A stretch of DNA of 63,530 nt, counting the filler, from an uncultured Clostridia bacterium (GTDB lineage: Bacteria > CAYTYR01 > UBA6262): NCBI GenBank assembly GCA_964441745.1. It is 3 parts of 3 records of this genome, joined end to end, with 100 filler letters (N's around TTAATTAATTAA, not from the genome) between each part and the next. Parts side by side here need not be neighbours in the genome. Positions count along the whole stretch, not along the records: positions 42,668 to 63,530 come from CAYTYR010000028.1; 2 more parts are not named here. The stretch is one strand, 5' to 3'. Positions 49,850 through 60,025 of the stretch are shown here, one piece after another. The notes under the pieces were generated by a model, which saw only the letters and a program-made list of their open reading frames with translations, was not told where the DNA came from and did no database searches. Position numbers and translations under genes: made by a program. Each line of letters begins with the position of its first letter. Position 1 is the stretch's first letter.

Positions 49850-50230
49850 ATGGATAAAACAGCAAAAATACTAGTGGTTGACGATTCGCCTTTTATTTTG
49901 GAGATTATCGAGACTATTCTTAAAGACAGCGGGTTTGAAGTAATTACCGCTGATGATGGTGATAAGGCCTATGCCCGCGCTACTACGGAATCCCCTGACC
50001 TGATGGTGCTTGATCTGATGTTGCCCAAAAAGAACGGTTATGAAGTTTGCCAGATGCTAAAAAGTGATGAAAAATACCGGCACATACCTATTATCATGCT
50101 GACGGCCCGGGTGAACGAGGAAGATGAAGTAAAGGGAAAAGCGGCCGGGGCTAATGTCTATATGGGAAAACCTTTTGAGTTGGACGATCTGGTTGCTAAA
50201 GTTAAAGAACTTTTGCAGGCTAAAAAATAA
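49850..50230 (+). CDS. Single-domain response regulator receiver
   Basis: ILVVDD, LDLMLP, MLTA, KPF. Confidence 0.92.
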   Translation: MDKTAKILVVDDSPFILEIIETILKDSGFEVITADDGDKAYARATTESPDLMVLDLMLPKKNGYEVCQMLKSDEKYRHIPIIMLTARVNEEDEVKGKAAGANVYMGKPFELDDLVAKVKELLQAKK

Positions 50231-50260
50231 ATAGTTCCCGCTTGATTAATTTTTTGCCAG

Positions 50261-50305
50261 GCTAATCTTTTTAAACGAACTACCAAGATTAGCTTTCTTT
50301 TTTTT
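50261..50305 (+). terminator. Intrinsic terminator of the che operon
   Basis: GCTAATCTT...AAGATTAGC stem followed by a long T-rich tract. Confidence 0.65.
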
Positions 50306-50330
50306 GAGGAAAGCCGAATTGAACCTGGAA

Positions 50331-50359
50331 TTTACAATAGGATTTGGCATTTATATAGT
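50331..50359 (+). promoter_or_regulatory. Sigma70-type promoter TTTACA-N17-TATAGT for pcrA
   Basis: 5/6 matches at both hexamers with a 17-nt spacer. Confidence 0.55.
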
Positions 50360-50473
50360 ATTCACAAACTTTTTTGTGCAAAACTCCTGCGAGCTTTTTC
50401 ATCTCGGTGCTCAAACCTATTGCAAACTCCAGGTTGAAGAAGCAAATAGCACGAATAAAAAACTGAGAGTTTT

Positions 50474-52657
50474 ATGTTAAACAAGCTATTATCACAACTG
50501 AATCCGATGCAGCAAGAGGCAGTTAAGCATATAGACGGCCCTTTACTGATCATTGCCGGCGCCGGCAGCGGCAAAACCCGGGTTATTACTTATCGTATGG
50601 CTTATTTGCTGGCTAACAACGTGCCTGGCTGGAATATTCTGGCGGTAACTTTTACCAATAAAGCTGCCGAGGAAATGCGGGTCCGGGTGGATAAACTGGT
50701 CAAAGAGCTATTCCCTGGGAAGCATACTGCTAGTCCCCTGCTTTCAACCTTCCATTCATTCTGTGTGCGTGTTTTGCGCCAGGACATTGAGCCTCTTGGT
50801 TATAAGCGGAGCTTTGTCATTTATGATGAAAATGATTCTCTTAGCTTGATCAAGCAATGCCTGCGCGAGCTTGGCCTGGATGACAAAAAAGCCAAGCCTA
50901 AAGAAATACTTTATGCTATTGATAAAGCTAAAGATGATCTGTTGGATGCCGAGTCATATCAGATTTACGCTAACGCCAGCCATAATGATGTACGCCAGGC
51001 AGTAGCGGAGATCTATCGGCGCTACCAGAAGAAGCTTAAAGAAAACAATGCTCTTGATTTTGGCGATCTGATCATGTTAACCGTACATCTCTGGCAAGCT
51101 TTCCCGGAGGTATGGCAGCGGTACCAGGAACGCTTCCGCTATGTCATGGTAGACGAATACCAGGACACCAACCATGCCCAGTATATCCTGACCAAAATGC
51201 TGACCCATAAATACCAGAATCTTTGCGTGGTCGGGGATGAAGACCAGAGTATCTATATGTTCCGCGGCGCGGATATCCGCAATATCCTTGATTTTGAAAA
51301 AGATAATAAAAATTGCCAAGTGATCAAGCTGGAGCAAAACTACCGTTCTACCAAATATATCCTGGAAACCGCCCAAAAAGTCATCACCAACAATAAATCC
51401 CGCAAATATAAAGAATTATGGACTGATAATAAAAAAGGCGAACCAGTCAGCTTTTATGAAGTAGCTAATGAAACTGAAGAGGCGGGCCTTATTGCCAGCT
51501 CTATCCGCCGGTTGATCGGGGAAGGTGCCCTGCCCCGTGAGATCGCTATTTTTTACCGCACGAATGCCCAATCCAGGGTCTTTGAAGATGCCCTGCGCCG
51601 GGAAAATCTGCATTATGTAATAGTCGGCGGGATGCGTTTCTATGAACGCAAGGAAGTTAAAGATATCCTGGCCTATCTACGGGTGATGATCAATCCCCAG
51701 GATTCAGTTAATCTCAAGCGTATTATTAATGTGCCTAACCGGGGTATTGGCAAAACCAGCCTGGAAGTGATCGAGAAATTCGCGGAAAAACAGGGGATTT
51801 CCTTGACTGAAGCTCTTCAGCGGCTTGACCTGATTAAAGAATTACAAGACCGGGCCAAGAAAAACCTGCATGGATTCCTCCAGCAATTACAAAGGTGGCG
51901 GGAGGTACTGGGCGCCCTGTCAGCCAGTGAAGTAGCCGCTAAAATAATTGAAGAGTCACACTATATTAAGGAATTAGAAACAGATCCTCAGGAAGCCAGC
52001 GAACGTATTGCGAACGTCAAAGAATTAGTTTCAGCGATCAAAGAATTTGAAGAACAAAGTGAAGACCAGTCCCTGGAAACCTATCTGGAGCAAGTGGCCT
52101 TGATCTCAGATCTGGATACCTGGAAAGAGGAAAAGAATTATATTACCTTAATGACCCTGCATCTGGCCAAAGGGCTGGAATTTAATTATGTCTTCATGGC
52201 TGGGCTGGAAGAAGGATTACTGCCGCACATGAATTCCTTAGCCACAGAGATAGAACTGGAAGAGGAGCGGAGGCTATGCTATGTCGGGATGACCAGGGCC
52301 AAACAGCAGCTGGTGATCACCAGCGCTGCAGAGCGCCGGGTCAACGGCACCAGGCGGTGGAACATACCTTCGCGGTTTATTGCTGAAGCAGAGCTGGTGG
52401 AGAGAAAAAGGGAAGAGCAGACGGCAGACAGTAGATGGCAGCCGGCGGAAGATGCGCAAAAAATAATGGAAAGTCCAATTAGTTTGCCGCAAAGCACTAA
52501 ATTCAGGAAACATCAGCGGATCGAGCATGAAGTGTTTGGCGAAGGGAAGATCATAGAAGTTTCTGGCTCTGGGGAAGATGAGAAGGTAATTGTTGATTTT
52601 AACTCCGGGGTCCGCAAAAAACTTCTGGTCAAGGCTGCAAATCTCCGGAAATTATGA
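50474..52657 (+). CDS. pcrA: ATP-dependent DNA helicase PcrA/UvrD
   Basis: AGAGSGKT, TFTNKAA, VDEYQDTN, VGD.DQSIY.FRGA, KGLEF, EERRL.YV..TRA, C-terminal Tudor-like domain. Confidence 0.96.
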   Translation: MLNKLLSQLNPMQQEAVKHIDGPLLIIAGAGSGKTRVITYRMAYLLANNVPGWNILAVTFTNKAAEEMRVRVDKLVKELFPGKHTASPLLSTFHSFCVRVLRQDIEPLGYKRSFVIYDENDSLSLIKQCLRELGLDDKKAKPKEILYAIDKAKDDLLDAESYQIYANASHNDVRQAVAEIYRRYQKKLKENNALDFGDLIMLTVHLWQAFPEVWQRYQERFRYVMVDEYQDTNHAQYILTKMLTHKYQNLCVVGDEDQSIYMFRGADIRNILDFEKDNKNCQVIKLEQNYRSTKYILETAQKVITNNKSRKYKELWTDNKKGEPVSFYEVANETEEAGLIASSIRRLIGEGALPREIAIFYRTNAQSRVFEDALRRENLHYVIVGGMRFYERKEVKDILAYLRVMINPQDSVNLKRIINVPNRGIGKTSLEVIEKFAEKQGISLTEALQRLDLIKELQDRAKKNLHGFLQQLQRWREVLGALSASEVAAKIIEESHYIKELETDPQEASERIANVKELVSAIKEFEEQSEDQSLETYLEQVALISDLDTWKEEKNYITLMTLHLAKGLEFNYVFMAGLEEGLLPHMNSLATEIELEEERRLCYVGMTRAKQQLVITSAAERRVNGTRRWNIPSRFIAEAELVERKREEQTADSRWQPAEDAQKIMESPISLPQSTKFRKHQRIEHEVFGEGKIIEVSGSGEDEKVIVDFNSGVRKKLLVKAANLRKL
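52417..52451. repeat. Degenerate heptamer array inside the pcrA linker
   Basis: gcagacg-gcagaca-gtagatg-gcagccg-gcggaag. Confidence 0.6.
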
Positions 52658-52666
52658 TATACTATA

Positions 52667-52778
52667 AGAAACACCCCAAACCCCGCTCAAAGGGGCTCAC
52701 GCCCCTATTGCGCTCACTCGGCTGATTTGCCTGCGCAAATCAAAGCGCCGGCTCGCTATTACCCCTTGGGGTGTTTCT
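52667..52778. mobile_element. 112-bp MITE-like element with 13-bp perfect terminal inverted repeats
   Basis: AGAAACACCCCAA ... TTGGGGTGTTTCT, with several internal hairpins. Confidence 0.6.
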
Positions 52779-52814
52779 GAAAGATAGTACCTAAACCATG
52801 CTCAGGAGTCGAAA

Positions 52815-54458
52815 ATGCTAACAATTATATTCCTAATAGCTTGCGGCTTATTTGCGTTGGCCTATGTGAAATACGGCGGTTTTCTCAAAAGGCATTTTGA
52901 GCTGGATAATAAGAATAGCCCGCCTTCCTGTACTATGTATGATGGCGTAGACTATTGCCCGGCGCCAGCGATAGTACTTTTTGGGCATCATTTTTCTTCC
53001 ATCGCCGGCGCAGGCCCTGTCTTGGGCCCGATCATTGCCGGCGTGGCGTTTGGCTGGGGCCCGGTTTGGCTGTGGGTGATCATTGGCTCTATTTTTATCG
53101 GTGGAGTCCATGACTTTTCCAGCCTGGTTATTTCTATCCGTAACCGGGGACGGTCCATTGCTGAAATAGCTAATACATATATGTCCAGGAGGGCTTACCG
53201 GCTGATGCTGGTGTTCATCTGGCTTTGTCTGGTCTATGTCCTGACTGTTTTTACAGATTTAACCGCAGCGACGTTCAAAGCCAATGGCGGAGTTGCCACC
53301 TCTTCCTTATTATTCATCTTGCTGGCTATCGGCTTCGGAGTTTCTCTTTATCGATTAAAAATACCATTGCGCTGGGCTTCTTTGGTGTTTGTGCCATTGC
53401 TTTTTTTCTGTGTTTGGCTGGGTCAGCAGATACCTTTGAATAATATACCGGCAATTTTAGGTGATAAAGCTAAAACCTGGGATATAGTATTAATAATCTA
53501 TTGTTTTATCGCTTCTGTAACCCCAGTGTGGATTTTATTGCAGCCCAGGGATTACTTATCCAGTTTCTTGCTCTATAGTTCGATCCTGGGCGGATTTCTG
53601 GGGATACTTTTTGGCGGATTACCCCTCAAGTACCCGGCTTTTATAGGCTGGAACTCAGCTAGTGTCGGGCCAATGTTCCCGTTATTGTTTGTAACCGTGG
53701 CTTGCGGCGCGATTAGCGGTTTTCATTCTATAGTCGCCAGCGGGACTTCTTCCAAGCAAATTAAAAAAGAAACTGATGCTATCCCCATAGGATACGGAGC
53801 CATGTTGGTAGAAGGCCTCGTGGCAGTGATCGCCCTGAGCACTTTAATGATAATCGATGTTAGTGACCCATTAACTAAAAAAGCTCCCTTGGCTATTTAT
53901 GGCGCTGGTATAGCCAGGTTTTTGTCTCTCTTTGGGATCCCAGAAAAATTTGGCGCCTCTTTTGGGCTGCTGGCGCTTTCTACTTTTATTTTAACTACTT
54001 TGGATACGGCTACCAGGTTAGCCCGTTATATTTTTCAGGAATTCTTTAATCTGGAAGGGAAAAATACCCGTTATTTAGCTACCGCTATCACTTTATTCTT
54101 GCCCGCTGTTTTTGTCTTGATTACTATTAAAGATGCTAATGGGAATGTCGTCCCTGCCTGGCAAAGTATCTGGCCAATCTTTGGCGCTACCAACCAATTA
54201 TTAGCTGGCTTGGCGCTCATGATCGTAGCAGTATGGCTTAAAAAGAAAGGCAAACAGATCTGGTTCGTGGTTATTCCTATGATCTTTATGTTGGGGATGA
54301 CTTTATGGGCTTTGTTCCTGGTCATTATGCAGTACAAGCTGAGCTTGCTGGGATTTATAGGGGATGTGCTGATGTTGCTGGCGATGTTGCTTATTGTGGA
54401 AGCTATACAGATTTTTGAAGCAAAAAAACATCTTAAAAGAATATTAAAAAGAAAATAA
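52815..54458 (+). CDS. cstA: Carbon starvation protein A family transporter
   Basis: DGVDY.P, FGHHF.SIAGAGP..GP, LLQPRDY, ACGAISGFH, LDTATR, W..FG..NQLLA. Confidence 0.94.
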   Translation: MLTIIFLIACGLFALAYVKYGGFLKRHFELDNKNSPPSCTMYDGVDYCPAPAIVLFGHHFSSIAGAGPVLGPIIAGVAFGWGPVWLWVIIGSIFIGGVHDFSSLVISIRNRGRSIAEIANTYMSRRAYRLMLVFIWLCLVYVLTVFTDLTAATFKANGGVATSSLLFILLAIGFGVSLYRLKIPLRWASLVFVPLLFFCVWLGQQIPLNNIPAILGDKAKTWDIVLIIYCFIASVTPVWILLQPRDYLSSFLLYSSILGGFLGILFGGLPLKYPAFIGWNSASVGPMFPLLFVTVACGAISGFHSIVASGTSSKQIKKETDAIPIGYGAMLVEGLVAVIALSTLMIIDVSDPLTKKAPLAIYGAGIARFLSLFGIPEKFGASFGLLALSTFILTTLDTATRLARYIFQEFFNLEGKNTRYLATAITLFLPAVFVLITIKDANGNVVPAWQSIWPIFGATNQLLAGLALMIVAVWLKKKGKQIWFVVIPMIFMLGMTLWALFLVIMQYKLSLLGFIGDVLMLLAMLLIVEAIQIFEAKKHLKRILKRK

Positions 54459-54485
54459 TGCTCATGTATCTCATTGGAGCTAAAA

Positions 54486-54773
54486 ATGAAAATAACTAAA
54501 AAAGAAGTGGAATATGTGGCCCGGCTGGCACGGTTGTCGCTTAATGAGAAAGAAAAGGAAAAAATGACTGCCCAGCTTGATTCCATATTGCAATATGTAG
54601 ATACTTTAAGTAAGCTGGATACTAAAAATGTTGAGCCGACCAGCCATGTTCTGCCCTTAAATAATGTCTGGCGGGAAGATATAGCCAAGCCCAGTACTCC
54701 TCAAGAGGAGATCCTGGCTAATGCCCCGGAGCAGGCGGAAGGATTTTATAAAGTCAAGAAAGTCATCGAATAA
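54486..54773 (+). CDS. gatC: Asp/Glu-tRNA amidotransferase subunit C
   Basis: V..VA.LARL, DT..VEPT, RED, NAP. Confidence 0.94.
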   Translation: MKITKKEVEYVARLARLSLNEKEKEKMTAQLDSILQYVDTLSKLDTKNVEPTSHVLPLNNVWREDIAKPSTPQEEILANAPEQAEGFYKVKKVIE

Positions 54774-54775
54774 GG

Positions 54776-54892
54776 AGATTACACAGATTTTTAAGAGAGA
54801 TTACACAGATTAATGCGTCTTATTGTTTTTGTTTGAAATCGGTGTAATCCCTGTCCGCCTCTGGCGGAGCTTTCGTAATCGGTGTAATCAAT
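54776..54892. repeat. ~117-bp GATTACACAGAT/ATCGGTGTAATC inverted-repeat element, copy 1
   Basis: Near-identical to 56765-56882; partial copy at 55271-55283. Confidence 0.9.
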
Positions 54893-54897
54893 AGACC

Positions 54898-55266
54898 ATG
54901 AGACATATTGTGATTAAAACCGAAAAAGTAAAGATGGAAGCAGAACTGAACGAATCTAAGACTGCTGCGGCGATCTTAAACGCGTTGCCACTCGCTACTG
55001 AAATAAGCACTTGGGGCGAGGAGATATATTTTGAGATTCCGGTGAAAGTTGGCCTGGAAAATGGCGTGGAAGAAGTACAAATAGGTGATCTGGGATACTG
55101 GCCGCAAGGAAACTGTTTCTGCATTTTTTTTGGTTTGACGCCAATTTCCAGTGAGGGCAAGATCAAACCGGCCAGCGCCGTGAATATCATCGGTAAATTA
55201 TTAGCGGACCCGCAGGAATGGAAAAAAGTTCAAGCTGGTGAATGGATTTTAGTCGAAAAAATCTAA
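54898..55266 (+). CDS. Cyclophilin-like fold protein (TM1367/DUF369-like)
   Basis: TA..I..ALP...WG.EIYF, GD..YWP.G...CIFFG.TP. Confidence 0.8.
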   Translation: MRHIVIKTEKVKMEAELNESKTAAAILNALPLATEISTWGEEIYFEIPVKVGLENGVEEVQIGDLGYWPQGNCFCIFFGLTPISSEGKIKPASAVNIIGKLLADPQEWKKVQAGEWILVEKI

Positions 55267-55304
55267 GGGTGATTACACAGATTAATAACTGAAAAGGTAA
55301 AAAA

Positions 55305-56765
55305 ATGGAATTATTTAGATTAACGGCGCATGAATTAAGCGAGAAAATAAAAAAACAGGAAGTGACTTCCCGGGAAGTTACGGCCAGTGTTTTTCAGCGG
55401 ATTGACGCGGTAGAACCTAAAGTCAAAGCTTATGTCACGCTGCTCAAGGAAAACGCCTTCAAGCAGGCGGAAGAGATCGATCAGAAGATAAAAGCCGGTG
55501 AAACCACAGGGGCTTTAGCCGGCATCCCGATAGCGATCAAAGATAATATGAATCTTAAAGGAGCTAAATGCACCTGCTCCAGTAAAATACTGAATAATTT
55601 TATTTCTCCTTATAATGCCACGATCATCGATCTGCTAAAAAAACAGGATATGGTATTTATCGGGAAAACTAATATGGACGAATTTGCCATGGGGTCATCT
55701 ACTGAAACCAGTTATTTTGGCAAAACCTATAATCCCTGGAATCTGGAGACGATCCCGGGTGGTTCCAGCGGCGGCAGCGCTGCCAGCGTGGCTGCTGATG
55801 AAGCGATTATGGCCCTGGGCTCTGATACTGGCGGGTCCATCCGCCAGCCAGCTTCGTGCTGCGGGATTGTCGGGTTAAAGCCGACCTATGGCCGGGTGTC
55901 GCGTTTTGGCCTGGTTGCTTTTGCCTCTTCCCTGGATCAGATCGGACCATTAACCAAAGATGTCCAGGATGCTGCTTTACTGATGAATGCTATCGCCGCG
56001 TATGATAATAATGATTCTACCAGTGTGAATATTCTAACTCCTGACTATACTAAATCTTTAGTCAAAGATTTGACGGGATTAAGGATCGGGATTCCCAAAG
56101 AATATTTTGTGGCCGGCCTGGACAAAGAAGTGGAACAAAGCGTCAGGGAAGCAATTAGCTTACTGGAAAAGCAGGGGGCAAAAATTATGGAGATCTCCCT
56201 GCCGCACACTGAATATTGCCTGGCGGTTTATTATATCCTGGCGCCTTCAGAAGCCAGCGCTAACCTGGCCCGTTATGATGGGGTGAAATATGGTTATCGT
56301 ACTCCTGACGCTAAAGATCTATTGGAACAATATGAAAAGACCAGAGGCGAGGGTTTTGGCCCGGAGGTAAAACGGCGTATTATGCTGGGGACCTATGCTT
56401 TATCCAGCGGCTATTATGACGCCTATTATCTAAAAGCGCAAAAAGTGCGGACACTCATTAAGAATGATTTTGAAGAAGTTTTTAAGAATGTGGATGCTAT
56501 CGTCACCCCTACTGCTCCCACCGCTGCGTTTAAGATCGGGGAGAAAACCGATGACCCTCTGCAAATGTATCTTTCAGATATATTTACGATCTCGGTGAAT
56601 CTGGCCGGGATCCCGGCGCTCTCCCTGCCCTGCGGGTTCACTAAGAATAGAATGCCGATTGGGTTGCAGATCATGGCTAAGCATTTTGCCGAGGAGACGA
56701 TCTTTAAAGTAGCCTATGCCTATGAGCAGAACACTGCCTGGCATAAAGAAAAACCGAAACTATAA
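55305..56765 (+). CDS. gatA: Asp/Glu-tRNA amidotransferase subunit A
   Basis: [32 protein letters not shown] amidase signature, SSGYYDAYY. Confidence 0.97.
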   Translation: MELFRLTAHELSEKIKKQEVTSREVTASVFQRIDAVEPKVKAYVTLLKENAFKQAEEIDQKIKAGETTGALAGIPIAIKDNMNLKGAKCTCSSKILNNFISPYNATIIDLLKKQDMVFIGKTNMDEFAMGSSTETSYFGKTYNPWNLETIPGGSSGGSAASVAADEAIMALGSDTGGSIRQPASCCGIVGLKPTYGRVSRFGLVAFASSLDQIGPLTKDVQDAALLMNAIAAYDNNDSTSVNILTPDYTKSLVKDLTGLRIGIPKEYFVAGLDKEVEQSVREAISLLEKQGAKIMEISLPHTEYCLAVYYILAPSEASANLARYDGVKYGYRTPDAKDLLEQYEKTRGEGFGPEVKRRIMLGTYALSSGYYDAYYLKAQKVRTLIKNDFEEVFKNVDAIVTPTAPTAAFKIGEKTDDPLQMYLSDIFTISVNLAGIPALSLPCGFTKNRMPIGLQIMAKHFAEETIFKVAYAYEQNTAWHKEKPKL

Positions 56766-56882
56766 GATTACACAGATTTTTAAGAGAGATTTCACAGATT
56801 AAAACGTCTTATTGTTTTTGCTTGAAATCGGTGTAATCCCTGCCTGCCGGCAGGCAGGTCTTTCGTAATCGGTGTAATCAAT
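56765..56882. repeat. ~118-bp inverted-repeat element, copy 2, with nested 20-bp perfect palindrome
   Basis: CCTGCCTGCCGGCAGGCAGG at 56839-56858. Confidence 0.9.
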
Positions 56883-56899
56883 TTTACCAGAGGTAAAAT

Positions 56900-58336
56900 A
56901 TGAAATACGAAGCAGTGATCGGGCTGGAAGTGCATGCCCAGTTAAAAACCAAATCAAAAATATTCTGCGGCTGTTCCACACAGTTCGGCGCAGAGCCCAA
57001 TACCCAGACCTGTCCGGTATGCATCGGCATGCCCGGCGTATTACCGGTCTTGAATAAGACAGCTATTGAACATATTATCAAAACTTCCCTGGCTCTTAAT
57101 TGCCGGGTCAATCCGATGAGCCGGTTTGCCAGAAAACAATATTTTTATCCTGACCTGCCGAAAAATTATCAGATCTCCCAGTATGAACAGCCAGTATCGG
57201 AACATGGCTACCTGGATGTCCAGGTTGACGGCAGTACTAAAAGACTGGGCATTACCCGCATCCACCTGGAAGAAGATGCCGGCAAACTTTTGCATGAGGT
57301 TGGCTCGCGGCAGATAGAGGGCAGTTATGTAGATCTGAACAGGACTGGCGTGCCGCTCATGGAAATTGTCTCTGAGCCGGATATGCGCACTCCGCAGGAA
57401 GCTTATGCGTATCTGACCGCGCTGAAAAGCGTTTTAGAATATCTTGATGTCAGTGATTGCAATATGGAAGAAGGCAGTCTCCGGTGCGATGCTAATGTCA
57501 GTATCCGGCCAATCGGGCAAAAAGAATTTGGCACAAAAGCTGAAGTGAAGAATATGAATTCTTTTAAGGGTGTACAGAAGGCCCTGGAATATGAGATTGA
57601 GAGACAGATCAAGGCCACGGAAGACGGCGAGCGGATAGTGCAGGAAACTCGTCTCTGGGATGCAGACAAGGAAATGACCTTTTCCATGCGTTCCAAGGAA
57701 GAGGCTCACGATTACCGCTATTTCCCTGAACCAGACCTGGTACCGGTACTGGTAGAAGAGAAATGGCTGGCAGAGATAAAGAAAACTTTGCCTGAGCTTT
57801 CAGAGCAGAAAAAAGAAAGATTTATCAAAGAGTATCATTTACCTGATTATGATGCCGGTGTATTGACTGCTGACCGGGCTGTTTCTGAGTATTTTGAGAA
57901 TACAGTCAAAGGTTATGCGAATCCGAAAGCTGCTTCTAACTGGATCATGGTGGAATTAATGGCGCAGTTGAATGCTGCCAATAAAACTATCATAAAATCT
58001 AAGATCACACCCGTGCATTTGAGAGCAATGCTGGAATTAATGGATAAGGGCACTATTTCCGGTAAGATCGCCAAGACTGTATTTGAAGAAATGTTCACCA
58101 CTGGTAAAATGCCGGAAATAGTAGTGAAAGAAAAAGGATTGGTACAGATCTCAGATGAAGGCGCGATCGCTAAAGTGATCGAAGAAGTATTAGCCGCCAA
58201 TGCTAAATCAGTAGAAGAATATAAAGCCGGTAAGACAGCGGCGATGAATTTCTTGCTGGGGCAGGTGATGAAGAAGACACAGGGCAAGGCTAATCCCGGA
58301 GTGGTGAATAAGATATTAAAGGAAAAACTGGGGTAG
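56900..58336 (+). CDS. gatB: Asp/Glu-tRNA amidotransferase subunit B
   Basis: [46 protein letters not shown]. Confidence 0.97.
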   Translation: MKYEAVIGLEVHAQLKTKSKIFCGCSTQFGAEPNTQTCPVCIGMPGVLPVLNKTAIEHIIKTSLALNCRVNPMSRFARKQYFYPDLPKNYQISQYEQPVSEHGYLDVQVDGSTKRLGITRIHLEEDAGKLLHEVGSRQIEGSYVDLNRTGVPLMEIVSEPDMRTPQEAYAYLTALKSVLEYLDVSDCNMEEGSLRCDANVSIRPIGQKEFGTKAEVKNMNSFKGVQKALEYEIERQIKATEDGERIVQETRLWDADKEMTFSMRSKEEAHDYRYFPEPDLVPVLVEEKWLAEIKKTLPELSEQKKERFIKEYHLPDYDAGVLTADRAVSEYFENTVKGYANPKAASNWIMVELMAQLNAANKTIIKSKITPVHLRAMLELMDKGTISGKIAKTVFEEMFTTGKMPEIVVKEKGLVQISDEGAIAKVIEEVLAANAKSVEEYKAGKTAAMNFLLGQVMKKTQGKANPGVVNKILKEKLG

Positions 58337-58341
58337 AAAAA

Positions 58342-58513
58342 ATCAGTGAACTGGTTATTTTTGTTTCCGCCTAAGAGATTGGCGGACTCCCTCTGGTCGC
58401 GCTTAAAGGTCTTAACCTCAATCATTGCTTCAGCCGCAGGCTGATCCGCCGATCTTTTTGGAGGATTGACTAAAATCGACAAGCTCGCTCAAAAAACAAC
58501 CAAGTTCCCTGAT
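58342..58513. mobile_element. MITE-like element with ~23-bp imperfect terminal inverted repeats at the left edge of the R-M island
   Basis: ATCAGTGAACTGGTTATTTTTG ... CAAAAAACAACCAAGTTCCCTGAT; internal TCCGCC..GGCGGA hairpins. Confidence 0.6.
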
Positions 58514-58572
58514 CTGAATATAAGCAGTTAAGTTCGGTTTACAGAGTAGTAATAACTTAAAAAGGAAAAAGA

Positions 58573-58945
58573 ATGCTAAAAACAGATGATTTGTTATCTA
58601 TAAAAGAGGCCAGTGAATGGGCAACACATTATTTGAAGAAAAATGTTACGGTTTCTAATATTTCATATCTTATTCAATATGGCCGCATAAAAAAGATAGA
58701 CGAAAGCGGAATGACGCAAGTATCCAAACAAGAATTAGCTGCTTATTATAAATCTTATAATGGCAACCGAGAAGTATCATGGAAAAATCAACTTGGAGAG
58801 GATTTGAATTGGGCGCTCTCTTTTGATCAATATAAAGAGGCAGATACCACAAAACATGTTCATAGGCTTCACCCTTATAAAGGAAAATTTATTCCGCAGC
58901 TTGTTGAGTGTTTTTTTTGACAATCACACTGATAATTCAGAAAGG
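58573..58945 (+). pseudogene. N-terminal remnant of a DNA methyltransferase
   Basis: HTH-like start then TTKHVHRLHPYKGKFIPQLVE; frame breaks in a T8 run, shifted frame continues DNHTDN then ends; no catalytic motifs. Confidence 0.75.
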
Positions 58946-58952
58946 ATGAATT

Positions 58953-59165
58953 ATGAAAACATATCAGGTTATACTTACTAAAAGTTATCTAGTGACGGTT
59001 AGTGCTAAAACAAAAGAACAGGCACGAAGAGTATGTGAGTTTTACACAAATGATATTCAGAATATTTCAACTATAGAAAACAGAGAAAAAGAAAATTTCC
59101 TGATTGAAAATATCGAGTGTACTGTGAATGAAACTTTTGATTGTCGTGAAATAAAAACAATATGA
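58953..59165 (+). CDS. Small hypothetical protein (DpnD/PcfM-like)
   Basis: KTYQV......V.V.A....QA pattern; AAGGA RBS; overlaps the methyltransferase start. Confidence 0.55.
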   Translation: MKTYQVILTKSYLVTVSAKTKEQARRVCEFYTNDIQNISTIENREKENFLIENIECTVNETFDCREIKTI

Positions 59166-60025
59166 AAGAGATTAAAACAAAAATCATTCAAGGTGATTGT
59201 AAAGATGTCCTGACAACAATTAATAATAATTCAATTGATTTAATTGTTACATCGCCGCCATATGCTGATAGACGAGAACATACTTATGGTGGGATAAAAC
59301 CCGAAAAATACATGGGTTGGTTTTTACCAATTAGCGAGCAACTTTTACGAGTTTTAAAACCCACAGGCACATTTATTTTAAATATTAAAGAAAAAGCTGA
59401 AAATGGTGAACGACATACTTATGTAATAGAATTGATTTTAGAATTGAGAAAGCAAGGTTGGCTTTGGACTGAAGAATTTATTTGGCATAAAAAAAATTGT
59501 TATCCTGGGAAATGGCCTAATCGTTTCAGAGATGCATGGGAGCGTTGTTTACAGTTTAATAAAACAAAAATATTCAATATGTATCAGGAAGAAGTAATGA
59601 TCCCTATTGGGAACTGGGCAAATGGAAGATTAAAAAATTTAAGTGAAACAGATAAAACCAGAGATAATTCACGTAGCGGGAGTGGTTTTGGTAAAAATAT
59701 ATCTAATTGGATAAATAGAGATAAAGCGTATCCTACAAATGTTTTACATTTTGCAACAGTTTGTAACAACAAAAACCATAGTGCTCCTTTTCCAGAAGAA
59801 TTACCAGAATGGTTTATCAAATTATTTACAAAAGAATTTGATTGGGTATTAGATCCGTTTGCAGGCTCAGGGACAACTTTAACTGTTGCAAAAAAAATGC
59901 ATCGTAACTCTATTGGTATAGAAATACTACCTGAATATGTGGAAATGATTAAAAATAATCAAGCAGAAAAAGAATTTGTATTATTTGAACCAAAGGTAAA
60001 ATATGAATCAGTTAAATCTAAATGA
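59162..60025 (+). CDS. Site-specific DNA methyltransferase (N4-C/N6-A, beta order)
   Basis: VTSPPY catalytic motif before H.APFP and VLDPFAGSGTT. Confidence 0.93.
   Translation: MKEIKTKIIQGDCKDVLTTINNNSIDLIVTSPPYADRREHTYGGIKPEKYMGWFLPISEQLLRVLKPTGTFILNIKEKAENGERHTYVIELILELRKQGWLWTEEFIWHKKNCYPGKWPNRFRDAWERCLQFNKTKIFNMYQEEVMIPIGNWANGRLKNLSETDKTRDNSRSGSGFGKNISNWINRDKAYPTNVLHFATVCNNKNHSAPFPEELPEWFIKLFTKEFDWVLDPFAGSGTTLTVAKKMHRNSIGIEILPEYVEMIKNNQAEKEFVLFEPKVKYESVKSK

Noticed and set aside
50362-50473. Possible structured leader of pcrA (CCTG-CGAGC...GCTC...CAGG)
   Set aside because: Short stems, single copy and no recognisable motif; too weak to call
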